Source of the DNA: Octopus bimaculoides
Taxonomy: Eukaryota
Length of the DNA: 64,000 nt
Direction of reading: 5' to 3'
Assembly: GCF_001194135.2 (NCBI RefSeq)
Contig: NC_069004.1
Location: 33,744,693-33,808,692 of the forward strand
A model generated the notes under the pieces. The model searched no databases, was not told where the DNA came from, and saw nothing but the letters and a program-made list of their open reading frames with translations. A program made the translations under genes and the position numbers. Position 1 is the stretch's first letter; each line of letters begins with the position of its first letter. Positions 22,442 through 34,757 of this stretch are shown one piece after another.

Positions 22442-25400
22442 AGTATAAATAATAATATTAATAATAATGATTGTTCTGTCATTTTATTGCTTTGTGTGTG
22501 TGTGTTTCATTTGGCATCATCTAAAATCTATGGAAACGGCACAAATGCAACAAAGCATTGTTATATTGAAATAATGTCAAGTTGTAAATTTGATATGGAA
22601 CAGGGAAACGGAACAGAATCAGAATTGCTGCTTAACTACACACACACACGCATGCATACGCACATATACATAACCGTACACACACACACTTCTGCATAGA
22701 TGTACATATAGACATGCACATTCATACATGCAGACGTTTACACATAGAGAGAGAGAGAGAGTATTTTAAAAATACATTTTAAAATATTTTTTTCCCATTT
22801 GAAAACATCACAAGGATGTTTGGGTGCTATCGTATTTGTAGCCGAGAAGCTTACAAAACCTACATCTTGCTCTGTGTTCATGATAAATTCTCAGGTTTAA
22901 AGGTAAAGAAAAGGGAAAGGAAGCAAACGCCTAGCAGTATTTGTTAGTGACTTTGAATGAGAAAGGAAGATAATTCCGTGATTGTTGAGTTTTCTACGAT
23001 AGTTATCTGCAAGGAAAAAGATAAAAAGGGGTGATTTCTCTGGAGTAGAAATACCCTATGTAATAGTGACTTCACCCGAGTTGTATATATAATCTACTGT
23101 TATTACTATTGCTGTGAACAAATGCTTAACAAGCTGTGCAGTTAAGACGTTCGCTTTGCAACCACGTAGTTTTGGGTTCAGTCCCATTGCATGGCTCCTA
23201 GCGCAAGTGTCTTCAGCTGTAGTCCCAGCCTGACAATTGCCTTTCGAACGGATTTGGTAGATGGAAACTGAAAGGAGCACGTCGTGTATATCTATCAAAC
23301 TATCTATCTTTTTCTCTTTCTCTCTCTCTCTCTATGTCTGTCTATCTACCTCTCTCACTCTCTATCTATGTCTGTCTGTCTGTCTCTCTACCTCTCTCTC
23401 TATCTGTATGTCTGTCTATCTACCTATTTCTCTCTTACTCTTTCTCTCTCTCTCTCTATCTATCTACGTACTACCTCTCTCTTTATCTGTGTGTGTGTGT
23501 GCCTTTGTATTTGTCCCACCACCGCTTGACATTCGGTGTTGGTTTGCTTACATCCCATAACAACAACAACGGTTTGGCAAAAGAAACCTATAGAGGAAGT
23601 ATCAAATTTAAAAGAAAATAAGAAAAATAGGTCGTATTTGTTCAACTAAACTCCTTCAAGTCGGTGTCCCAGTATGGCAGCTGTCTATTGACAGAAAGAA
23701 GTAAAAATTAAAAGCTTCATGTTAAAAAAATAAATTACCGACGCTATTGTTCACCAAATCTATTATTAATGTAGAGCAAATTGCAAGTCACTATCTTAAA
23801 CAGTGTTGACCGTTGAGAGGCTGTTGATTTTAATGTTACTCACTCCCTCGTGTGTAAAGCAAACTCGTGGAAGCGCACATGTCTGAAACACGCACACATG
23901 CAGATAGAGAGACACTCGTACAAGCATACACATACCGACGTACGAGCACACACATGTATACACACACACACACACACACACACGCAGACGATGGAGAAGA
24001 GCAACACAGGTTTATAAGCAAACAAACCTGATTACTACGACGATCCATTGAAGAATAGCTTTGATTTCTGGGTGTGGCTCAGCCAGACCTGACCTAGGGT
24101 TAAAAGACGACAATCATTTCGTTACATGTATAATTGTATGATCAGTCATGTGGAAGGACTGACAACGAATCAACGCACGCACACAGAATCTTTGGACTAG
24201 CCATGCTGGGATACTGTCCTAACCAAATCCGCTTCCAGTGCGATCTGTTTTGTCGAACTGTAAAGTTATTGAGACGTAAACAAACCAGTATCGGATGTCA
24301 AGTGATAGAAAGAAGGATACACACATGTAAAAATACATTAGAAAAATCTTGAAGAATGATGATGCCTTATCAGCGATTTATTTAGCTTACATGTGTTTCG
24401 AATAGGTTGGCTGACACAACGCAAGTGCTGTACAATGGAGAATGCATCGATTAAATAAGCCTTACTGCATTGTACAGCGCTTGTGTTGCGCTTTCTTATT
24501 CGAAACGTATGTAAGGTAAATAGATTTGTCGAGAATGCATCTTCATTGAAATCCACCGAGAAGGCTTTGGTCAGCTCGGAGCTAAATAGTAGACACTTGC
24601 TGAAGGTGTGTGTGTGTCCGCGCGCATTTTAATAATCGGCTGAAGTCACCGTAAGTACCAACGCACGAAATTCTTGAGCCATTCAGTAACTTGTGCAGAT
24701 TATTGATGAAAACGCGCGCGTACACACACACACACACACAGAGGTCTCTGGTTCGGCAAAAGGGATCGATATAAAAAGGTTCAGTTTTAAAAAAATGTAG
24801 TGGTGTCGATTTGTTCGACTTTGCCATTGAAGATGGTGCCCCAGCATGGCCGCAGTCCAATTTAGTGATGCAAGTAAAAAATAAAAGATGAATTTAGAAG
24901 AGATGGGTTAAAAAGCCACGTTCAAATGAATTAGTCTCCCCCCCCCCCAGGTACACATACGAGATGAAAGCCGATTTGCTAGAAATAACAGCCAAACACC
25001 CCCTAAAATTACACCCAGCCGTCTCGGAAAAAAGATGGACACATTGAATAACGTGATTCTGTGGTACTCTGTCTCAAGGGAAAAGGCAGAATGGTTTGGT
25101 CACGGATGGAACGTCTTTGAATATGAGTCTCTTCGATTAGGACTGACCTAGAGTTACGTAACCCAGGACAACACGTGGGGGGATCTAATTGCCAGAAATA
25201 GCAGCCAAATCGCTCTCATAGCACACCGTTTACTGTCTTAAATAAAGGTCACATTAGACAGTGCAACTTCTGATATGCTAAAAGACGTAATGGTCATCAT
25301 TGGAATGTTCTGCTCGCTAAAGGCCTGACCTAGGGCTGTACAGCAACAGCAACAAAGAAATCATTTAAAATACCATGTGCTTCCATTCAGGTTAGTTCTT

Positions 25401-25489
25401 TTTTTAGAACAAGGGGAGGACGGACAGACGATAGAACAGCAACGTGAGCGATAAAAGCAAGTAGCAGTTGCAGCAGTAGTGACAACTCA

Positions 25490-25985
25490 ATGCATTTTCC
25501 TTTTTCTCTTTCTCTCTCCTCTCCATACTTTCTATTTCTCACTCATTCCCTCCCTCACGTTTAAGTATCTTTCTCTCTTTACTCGCTCCTACCCTGTTTG
25601 CCTCCCTCTCGTTTGGCTCTCTTTTTTTCCCTCGCTGTTTAATTCTCTTTCTCTCACAACCTCCGTCCTCTCTCCCTCTTCCTCTGTGTGTCTCTCTCTC
25701 ACTCCCTCCTTCTTATCTAGATACCACTCACTCACTCCCATTTATTCAGCTCTCTCTCTCTCTTCCACCGTCTTATTTAACACTCTCTTTCTCTCCCTCA
25801 TTTATATTTGACTCTCTCTCAATTTGTCTGTACTCTTCTCCCTCTCCCGTATTTATCTTCCTTCCTCCCTCTTATTTATCTCCTTATCTCTCACTCCCTC
25901 CTTTTATTCAGCAGTCTCTTTCCCTTCCTCTCTCTCTCCCTCCGACTCCCATCTACTACGCCTCTTCCTCCTCTCCCTCTCCCAC
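25490..25985. repeat. CT-rich low-complexity tract upstream of TALDO1
   Basis: Read directly from the sequence. Confidence 0.85.
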
Positions 25986-26152
25986 ACTTCTAGACATTCG
26001 TCGTTCTTGAAATACGTCGAAGTCTGTGATTCTTCCAACTCCGTTTTCTCCTTTTAAAAAACACCAAACTCAAAGCTTTCCGTTGACCGAGCGGACCAAA
26101 TTAGACAAAGAACAGAGAAAGGTCCTCCACAGACAGAAAGAATCGAAGAAAA

Positions 26153-26246
26153 ATGGCTGAGCCTGATGTGAAGAAAACTTCGAAATCTGTCCTCGATCAG
26201 TTGAAAGAAAAGACGATTGTAGTGGCGGATACCGGCGACTTCCACG
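26153..26246 (+). CDS. TALDO1: TALDO1 exon 1
   Basis: [31 protein letters not shown] + g|gtaagc (94 nt, phase 1). Confidence 0.95.
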
Positions 26247-26490
26247 GTAAGCTCGGTTTACTTCGTGTCTCTAGGTCTGTGTGGATAGATGTGTAGGTAT
26301 ATCACATATCCGTGTATGTGTATATATATATGTATGGATAGATGTGTATGTAATTTTAATTTTTAATAAATTGATTTTGATTGAGTTTTGTGCGCGTGTA
26401 TGAGAGTATTTGTGTATATTTGAGTGCGCGTGTGTGTATATACATGTGTCTGGGTGTGTATGTGTGTGCATATATGTATTTGTATACGTT

Positions 26491-26522
<32 letters not shown>

Positions 26523-29500
26523 AGCATGTATGTCTGTGTGCGTGGGCGGCGTATATGTGTGTGCATGCGTGTGTATATTTACGTGTGCGTATATTTATAT
26601 TATGTGTGTTTTGATTGTATGTGCGTGTGTTTATAATAAACTTGTGTTTGTACGTAAACAACGAGCTCCGGTTGAAAACAGAAAAGACCAAACCTGAACC
26701 GACATTCCGGAATCTCGGAATGGTCTCTCGTCTGTTCGTTTTTTCACGCACGCACACACACACACACACAAACACACACTCTCTCTCTCACAATGTATGT
26801 ATGTTCGTTTAATTCGAAACCGTTCTCTCTTCGTCCCTCGTTACTCTTCACAAGAACGGATTCCCCTCTGCACGGCCGGTCTTATAGAAATAGCAGCTAA
26901 AAAAAAATCTTTAATTTACACCTGGCTAATTTAATCACCTGTCAGTAGAATAAATAAATAAATAAATAAATAATTTATGGCCTTAATTGAAAACCTTTTG
27001 GTCATAGCTCTGCTCAGTCAGACCTGACTCTGGGTTAAATAAGAACCACCACCACAAACAGTGTATAGTGACGTAGTGACGGTGGCAGTAGTGGTGGTCG
27101 TCGGTGCCTCAGCTTGGAATTGAATGTATATAAATTATTTATATACACTCGCACGCATCGACACACACACTATACAACACCGTGTGTGTGTGTGTATTTT
27201 GCAATGGGATTTTTTTCTTGTGTGTAGGTGTGTCAAGAATATGTAGATGTTGTTTAGCTCCAGCCGTGATCACCACGTCTTGACGTATTTAGGACAACAT
27301 CGTTATTATCCAATATGTCCTTGGTGTGTTTCCTTATTTAAAGTAGTTATGTATAATTTGGAAGGGTTGTTACTGCTGTTTCTAGTGACCACGCAAGAAG
27401 CTTCTTCGGTATTCTTATACAATAGCGTCGGAAATTAAACCTACAGCGCCAAAAGCTTTAATTTCTTTCGGATCTGTGTTTTAAACATCGTGGATTACGA
27501 ATCTTTTGGGTCCTTGTCACCAATAAAAGAAGGCATTATGAATATATAGATCTATTTTGGTCCGGGTCGATTCTGAGTGAGGAAATCATAGAATTTTCGG
27601 CCGTGATCATTCCATTTTGACATATTTGGGACAATATTTTCTAATGTATTCTTGGTTCAAATTTCGTTATTTGAAGTAGCCTTTACCTTTGTTCCTCGCC
27701 GTCACATAGAACCTTCCTTGGTATTCCTGTACAATAGAGTCGGAAATTATCTAATGCCCCAAAAACCGTAATTTCTTCGGATCTGTATGTTTCGAGCATC
27801 GGAGATTTTTTGGTGGTGATGAACATTGGTGGAATTGAGCGGACTTTCCCCATAAGTTGGAATTTCTGTTTTCCCCCTTTTTTTTTGTTTGTATATCCAC
27901 ATTTCAAAACAATGGTTGAAGGAGACGTCGCTCCTTAAAAATTACATCTCTGTTTTTATAAACATTTGCCCCCTCCCCTCCAGTCATCACACCTTTGGAA
28001 CAGCAACCACCGCTAAAATGGCATTTTCTTTCTCGTTATTTTTGGTTACTTTATTCAAAAAGTCCACTGATGATCTTTTAAAACTTAATATAAATCCGAA
28101 AAAAAAAAAAAAAGTTTCGAAATATATATAATAAAAATTCAAAATTGAAAAGAGAGTGGGGTGGGGGCCAAACTCTAACCCCGCCAAAAAAATTTATTCA
28201 CAGATTCGTAAAATTTGGTCCATGAACCAGAAAAAAAAGACGACAGTTTGTGACGCATTAGATAATTTCCGACGCTATTGTATAGGAATGCTGCTTCTTC
28301 ATTATACACTTGGTGGTGCACGTTTAACCCCAGATCCAGTAGACCTATGGACGAAGACGTTCCGATCGTGACAATACTGCCTTTTCTTAGACGATGCATC
28401 CAGACTATATTATTCAGCGTATCCCTCTTTTTTATAATGTTAGGGTGTGATTTTAAAGGAAATTTGACTGTTATTTCTAGCAAGCTGAATGGCTACATTG
28501 ACGCTCTATTCGTTGATTTGATTTAGGGAGAACGAATAACCGAGTGGTTAAGAAGTTCGTTTGGCAACCACGAGGTTCTGAGTTCGAGTCAATCTCGGGC
28601 GTATAAGATCGGTGTCTTTTACTAGTCTTGAATCCACAGAAATCGTGGGAAAACTCATTGGAGAGACGGAGAATGCAAGAAGATGCCCGAATGGATTATT
28701 TTTACCTGGAATTTCGAATTAGAAGTCCTATACCTGTTAGGAAAGGAAAAGGTAACGAAATGCTGGGAGGGCGGCTCATATTTGAACCTGAGACTTTTGG
28801 AAAAAATTTGTTTTTCAGAATTGTAATTCGCGCGCTCTCGGAATAACTAAGAGTACCTCACGGGGAATGGAAGAGAAAAAAAAAAGGACTGAGGGGTGGG
28901 GATAAAGCTTCTTCCCAAGCGACGGTTTCTCCGTTTCTGTAGCGTATATATTCCTCCCTGGACGATACGCCAATCCGTCACAGGATTCTTTCTTCTTTTT
29001 TTTTTGTCAGCCGAATAGACAGGAGCAATGTGAAAAGAAGTGTTTTGCTCAAGAACTCAACGCATTGGTCGATCTAGGAATCGAAACCGCTATGTTACAA
29101 TCACGAGTCCAACACGGTCATAAAACGAAACGTTACCAATTTTTGTTGTATGAAATGCGAGAATACTGAGAAAAAATTACAAGCAAAAAATAAACATGAA
29201 GGACCCTTTTTTTTTTCGCTTTTCCATGTTGCGTGGGGCTTCTGATCGAAAATCCCGTTTATTAAGGGTACAGGTGTCTGTGACATACTTAGCCATTGAA
29301 GGGTCGTTTGCCGTGTGCGAAGACACGTGTCCCGTGGAAAACGGGTGTAGGGAGACGAAAGGTTTGGGAGGGAGGTGATCCCTAAATAGCATGATGGATT
29401 TTATTGGGATCTACCGTTTCCCCATTTTCTTAATGGTTGTTCTTTAGCCCCAGGATCATTCTTGGTTGAGCAGGTCTCACTCTCAAAGACACTCTAACCG

Positions 29501-30038
29501 TGACAGTCCCAGCCTTCTGGATTTATCTCAGACAATATGAATCAATGTCCTTCCTTTGAAAGAGAGTTGTCTGTTGTTTTTAGCATCTAGTAGTCCTCTC
29601 TTATTGGCTTTGAGTTCCCAGTTTTGAGTTGCTGTAGAATCTCTGGTGTTTTGTAAGGAATTGCCAAACTTTCTATTGGACCCCTTAGATTTTATGTGAA
29701 CAATATCAGGCTTTAGTTAGGGCCTTGTAAACTAAATTCTGCGCGACCCAACCGTAGCATTTTTAATACTAGCTGTGTGTGTGTGTGCGTGTGCGAGAAC
29801 ACTTTCACACAGACGTTTGAAATTTACAAACGAAATGAAAAAAGTATTCTGTACAAGTTGTTGATGCGAAGATCCGAAACCGTCAATGGTAAAGGGTAAC
29901 GGAACTGTGAAACTCTGAGTTCCTACAAAGAGAAGTTTCAGTTTTGAATAAATGTTTGTGACCGTCTGTGTGTGTGTGTGTGTGCATGCATGCATCTATC
30001 TCTCCTGTTTTATAAGTATGTATGAATCTGCATATATA

Positions 30039-30080
<42 letters not shown>

Positions 30081-30203
30081 TACACACACCCTACTCCCGT
30101 ACCTCTATCGTTGTAGATCGTTGTTATTCATTAGAATACTTTCGTTGTCAAAACCATGGAATGAACTTAATTATAGAGTTTACAAATCTTCCAAAAACAC
30201 ACG

Positions 30204-30236
<33 letters not shown>

Positions 30237-33200
30237 AATCTTGCGTTGAATCAAGTCCAACAAAGCGATTCTTGTTATTATTATTACGTAGGTATGTGTT
30301 TATATGTGCGTACATAATGCGTGTGTATATAAAGAGAAATTTTATAATGAGAGGAAACAAGTAAGCTGTTAGCGCTAATTGTGGTCGACTCGAGTTACGG
30401 GATAATTTCAAAGCTCATTGTTCCGGTTACTTGTTTGCGACGGGACAACAAATGAGTTAGAATAATTTAAATGAGGTGTTATGAGCCGTACCTCCACGGT
30501 ACGTTTCGTCCACCAGACATTGCGTTAGATTTCAGGTGAGCCAAATTTACCCCGAATAAACTCTAGCCATACCGTTTTTAAGAATGTCGTCAACGATATG
30601 CTAATACCCAGGGTTGATCAAAGTGATTTGGGAGTTTAATGAATAAAAGAAAACCCACCACTACTTGACTGTATGAAGAATGTGCCGTGTGGAACAAGTT
30701 TAACTGGGATTATTGTGTGCTACCTCGGGTATACTCTAACTGAAATCGTATATATGGCTTGTTGCCATCGAACATTATCTTGGGCTATTTTTGCTCCGGT
30801 AACATATCGGGCTTTACATCGTATCTACCGCCTTACCGGGCCTCTATGTGGTTGGTTGATTTGTTAAAAATAGCAGTCAAGTGTCCTTCAAATGACATTT
30901 CGTAAAAAAGAAAAAAAAAATGCAAGCAAAGATAGAACACGTTGGATAATGTAGTTTAAGATATATTATGGTTAAAAAGAAAAATACAACTTTAGATTAG
31001 TTTGGAAAACTTCGATGGTGTGGAACAGTAATTGCATTACCGTATAAGGGACACCAGTTTAGCCTTTGTTACTGGGGATCACCACAGGGTATGCACCCCT
31101 TTCAAAAGACTTCCTCCCGTCCCCACCCCATTTTCTCGCAAATTATTGTTTTTTTTTGTCAAAAACCCACCTTTTCGGATACGGAGATTCGGGAAAATTT
31201 CCCCAATGCTTGCAACAGAGTGGACTCCGCTACCCCAAGGTTCCACTGACTGTCTGGCATTCGAACTTTGCCGCCAGTCCGCCACCGCCATAGATAGACA
31301 GATATTGATATGACTCTCGGATGAATACTTTCTGCTATTGGAATATAAAAACCAGCAATTTTGAGGGAAGGAGAAGCCGATCACATCGATATCAGTACTC
31401 GACTGGAATTTATTTTATCGATTCCTAAAGGGTTAGTCAACCCTGGCGGCATTTGAACTCAGAATGCAATGTACCGTTATTTGGAACCCGACACCTTCAC
31501 ACTTCTGTCGTTCCACCGACCTTACGTACAATTTACAATGTATATAACCTGTAGATATAAAATATATAGACTTTGTAGAAGAGACAGTATGGTTATAACC
31601 GTCAATAAAAATCGAAACAATGTATCTTGGACTACGTTATTCAATGTGTCCTTCCCTTTTAGAAAATGGTATTTGGTTTGAAGGAAATTTAACTGCTATT
31701 TTTAGCAGATCGAATGACCACAGACATCGTGGGTGTATATTCTATAACATAAATTTTCGATTTGCTGTATGTGTATTTCTTAGGAATGTGTATATGCGTA
31801 TGTATGTATATATTTGTGTATATGGGTGTCTGTATATATGTACATTTCTGCGTGTGCTAGTGTGTCTAGATGTATGTATGTATACATACATACACACTGT
31901 ATGTTTGTATTTGAACAAGTCCATATAATTTGTGTGTGCGTGCATGTGTGTTTATATGTATATATTTGCGCGTGTATACCTGGCCTATATATAAACATTT
32001 GTGTGCGTGCGGGTGCACATATATGTATATTTGTGTTATTTATATATATATATATACAAGACACAAACATACGCAAATGTATGGTATTTGTGTGCTTCTG
32101 TTGATGTTTTGTGTCTTGTAAGCTCGTCCTATGACAGAAATAAAAACCTCTTATCTCGATTCTAACCCTTCCTCACTTGTTTGTTGAGGTGTGTTTGTAC
32201 GTCCTGTTTTCGTTAAGTCCGTCTTTGGGTGTGCTTATTTCTATGTCCTGTTTCCCTGTATGTAATATATATGTGTGTGTGTGTGTGTGTGTNNNNNNNN
32301 NNNNNNNNNNNNNNNNNNNNNNNNNNNNNNNNNNNNNNNNNNNNNNNNNNNNNNNNNNNNNNGGGGGGGGGGGGTTATTAGCAATTTAACACCCTAAGGT
32401 CACCCATACTATTTATAGACGTATATCATCATCATCATTTAACGTCCGCTTTCCATGCTAGCATGGGTTGGACGATTTGACTGAGGACTGGTGAAACCAG
32501 ATGGCTACACCAGGCTCCAATCTGATCTGGCAGAGTTTCTACAGCTGGATGCCCTTCCTAACGCCAATCACTCCGAGAGTGTAGTGGGTGCTTTTATGTG
32601 CCACCGGCACGAAGGCCAGTCAGGCGGTTCTGGCAACGGCCACGCTCAAAAGGTGTTTTTTACGTGCTACCTGCACGGGAGCCAGTTCGGCGGCACTGGC
32701 AGCGACCACGCTCGAATGTTGTTTTTCACGTGGCACCGGCACATGTGCCAGTAAGGTGACGCTGGCAACGATCACGCTCGAGTGGTGCTTTTTACGTGCC
32801 ACCCGCACGGGATATGCATAACGTGTCGATGTGTCTCTGTGTGTTTGTGTATATCCTATGTCTGTATTTTTTTTATATCCGTTTGCCTGTTCTTTCCTAC
32901 TGTCTACTCTGGGTGCCAGGCCACCCGATCCCTTTCAGTCTATGACTTATTACATTGTTACAGTCCACCCATTCAGGAGGAATTTCATTGTTTAAAAATA
33001 ACATCTTAAGTTCATATCCTTTTTATATAATTGATCCCAACTTCCGTGTGTGTGTGTGTGTGTATACACAGACTCAAATGTATGTATGTCATTATTCAGT
33101 TTATTTCAAGATTTCTTGGCAATAGAAAAAGAACTGGTTTCTAACCTAGTTCCAAGGCTCCTTCATTGGAATTTGAACATCAGCAATAGGATGTGTATGT

Positions 33201-34725
33201 ATTCTCATGCATATAGTTGCATATCTAGACATGCTCATATATATTGAAATGATAAACTTCTGTAAAGTTTTACTGATTTTTACAGTTCCAGTGATGGATT
33301 GGATCTGTAGTCTTTGAATTAGCTTTCTCCTTTCTAGTTTTGGGAAGCCTAATTTCTCAAGATTGGTATTTAGACAGTGTGTCACATATCCCAGACCCCG
33401 GAAAATGTGGAATGCATTAGACAAGCTTTGATACGGAGTCCAAATCGTTCTGCTCAGAGGCATTCCACTGAACATGGCATCGGTAATCGGTTGGTGAGGC
33501 GTATTTTGCACGAAGACCTGAATTTCCTCTCGGAAGGAAGTTATTTGCGTGGAAGTCGCCGAAATCGACAGAGCAATGCTGGAAAGATTGGAGGCCAACT
33601 TCCAAGAACGCTTTCAGAAATGCATCAATGAAAACGGACACCACATGATTTTGACAAATGCTAATTCAATACGAACACTTTGATCTCAGTTGTGGTTTTG
33701 TGATTCATTGTTGCACTTTAATGGAAATACTGACGTGTGTGTGTGTGTGTGTATGTTTTGTGAAAATTCACTGTTATTGTTTTCTCTTTGTGACAGCAAT
33801 GAAGAAATACAAACCAACAGACTCAACCACAAATCCTTCTCTTATCTTGGCCGCTGCTAACATGTCGGAGTACGATGAACTGATGAAGAAAGCTGTCAAG
33901 TGGGCAAAAAGTCAAGGAGGGTAAGGTTTGCTTTATAGTTTAACTCTCCTGATTATTGCGGGGTACATCCATTGTGTGGCCCTTTCTGTTAATTTGTTTG
34001 GTGCTTGTGGTTGTCTTGTGCCCTTTTGATTAGTATTTAAATTGTTTCTTTTAACTGCAAAATTAATTAGATGTTCTTGTACGTATTTAATAAAAGTTCA
34101 TTTTTTTGGAAATAAAAAGAAGTTCCAGTGTTGATGGCACCGACCAATCTCATCCTCTCAACATTACTGGCATTGTGCTAGAATTTGGAATTGTTATTAC
34201 TGAAAGGGCAGCAATTTGGCAGAGTCGTTTGCCTGTCACTACGTTCTGAGTTCAAATTGCCGAGGTTGACTTTGCCCCAACTCCTGAAATTGTTGGCCTT
34301 GTGCTAAAATTTGAAATCATTATTGTTATTATTATTAATTCATTCATTTATTGTAGTTCCGATGAAGAACAGTTGACCAATGCCTTGGATAGACTCAATG
34401 TGCTTTTTGGTTGTGAAATACTGAAGATCATTCCAGGCCGTGTCTCCACAGAAGTTGATGCCAGGTAAGTGGCTTCTCCTCTGTTTCCATTTCCATGGAT
34501 CTCTGCTCTCAACCCTAACCTCTTCCTTCCACATATTCTGCCACCCTTCGTACACCTGTGCAATTCTTTCCTAGCCAGGTGCAAATAACACTCCCCCTCC
34601 CCACCATCAGTTAATCTTTCTCATTTTGCTTCTCCTCACCATATTTCTTCAATATTCTGTCAAATCTGACAAGATTTCTCTTTTGTTCACACACGTGTAT
34701 AGTATACTGCAGGTAGGTGTGTGTA

Positions 34726-34757
<32 letters not shown>

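Noticed and set aside
30470-30545. Minus-strand hammerhead-like GGACGAAAC-GTACC/GGTAC
   Set aside because: The cleavage triplet is GGC rather than NUH, there is no CUGANGA core, and stem I does not pair.
32588-32812. CRISPR array
   Set aside because: The whole 66-bp unit is repeated with no unique spacers, the context is eukaryotic, and there are no cas genes.
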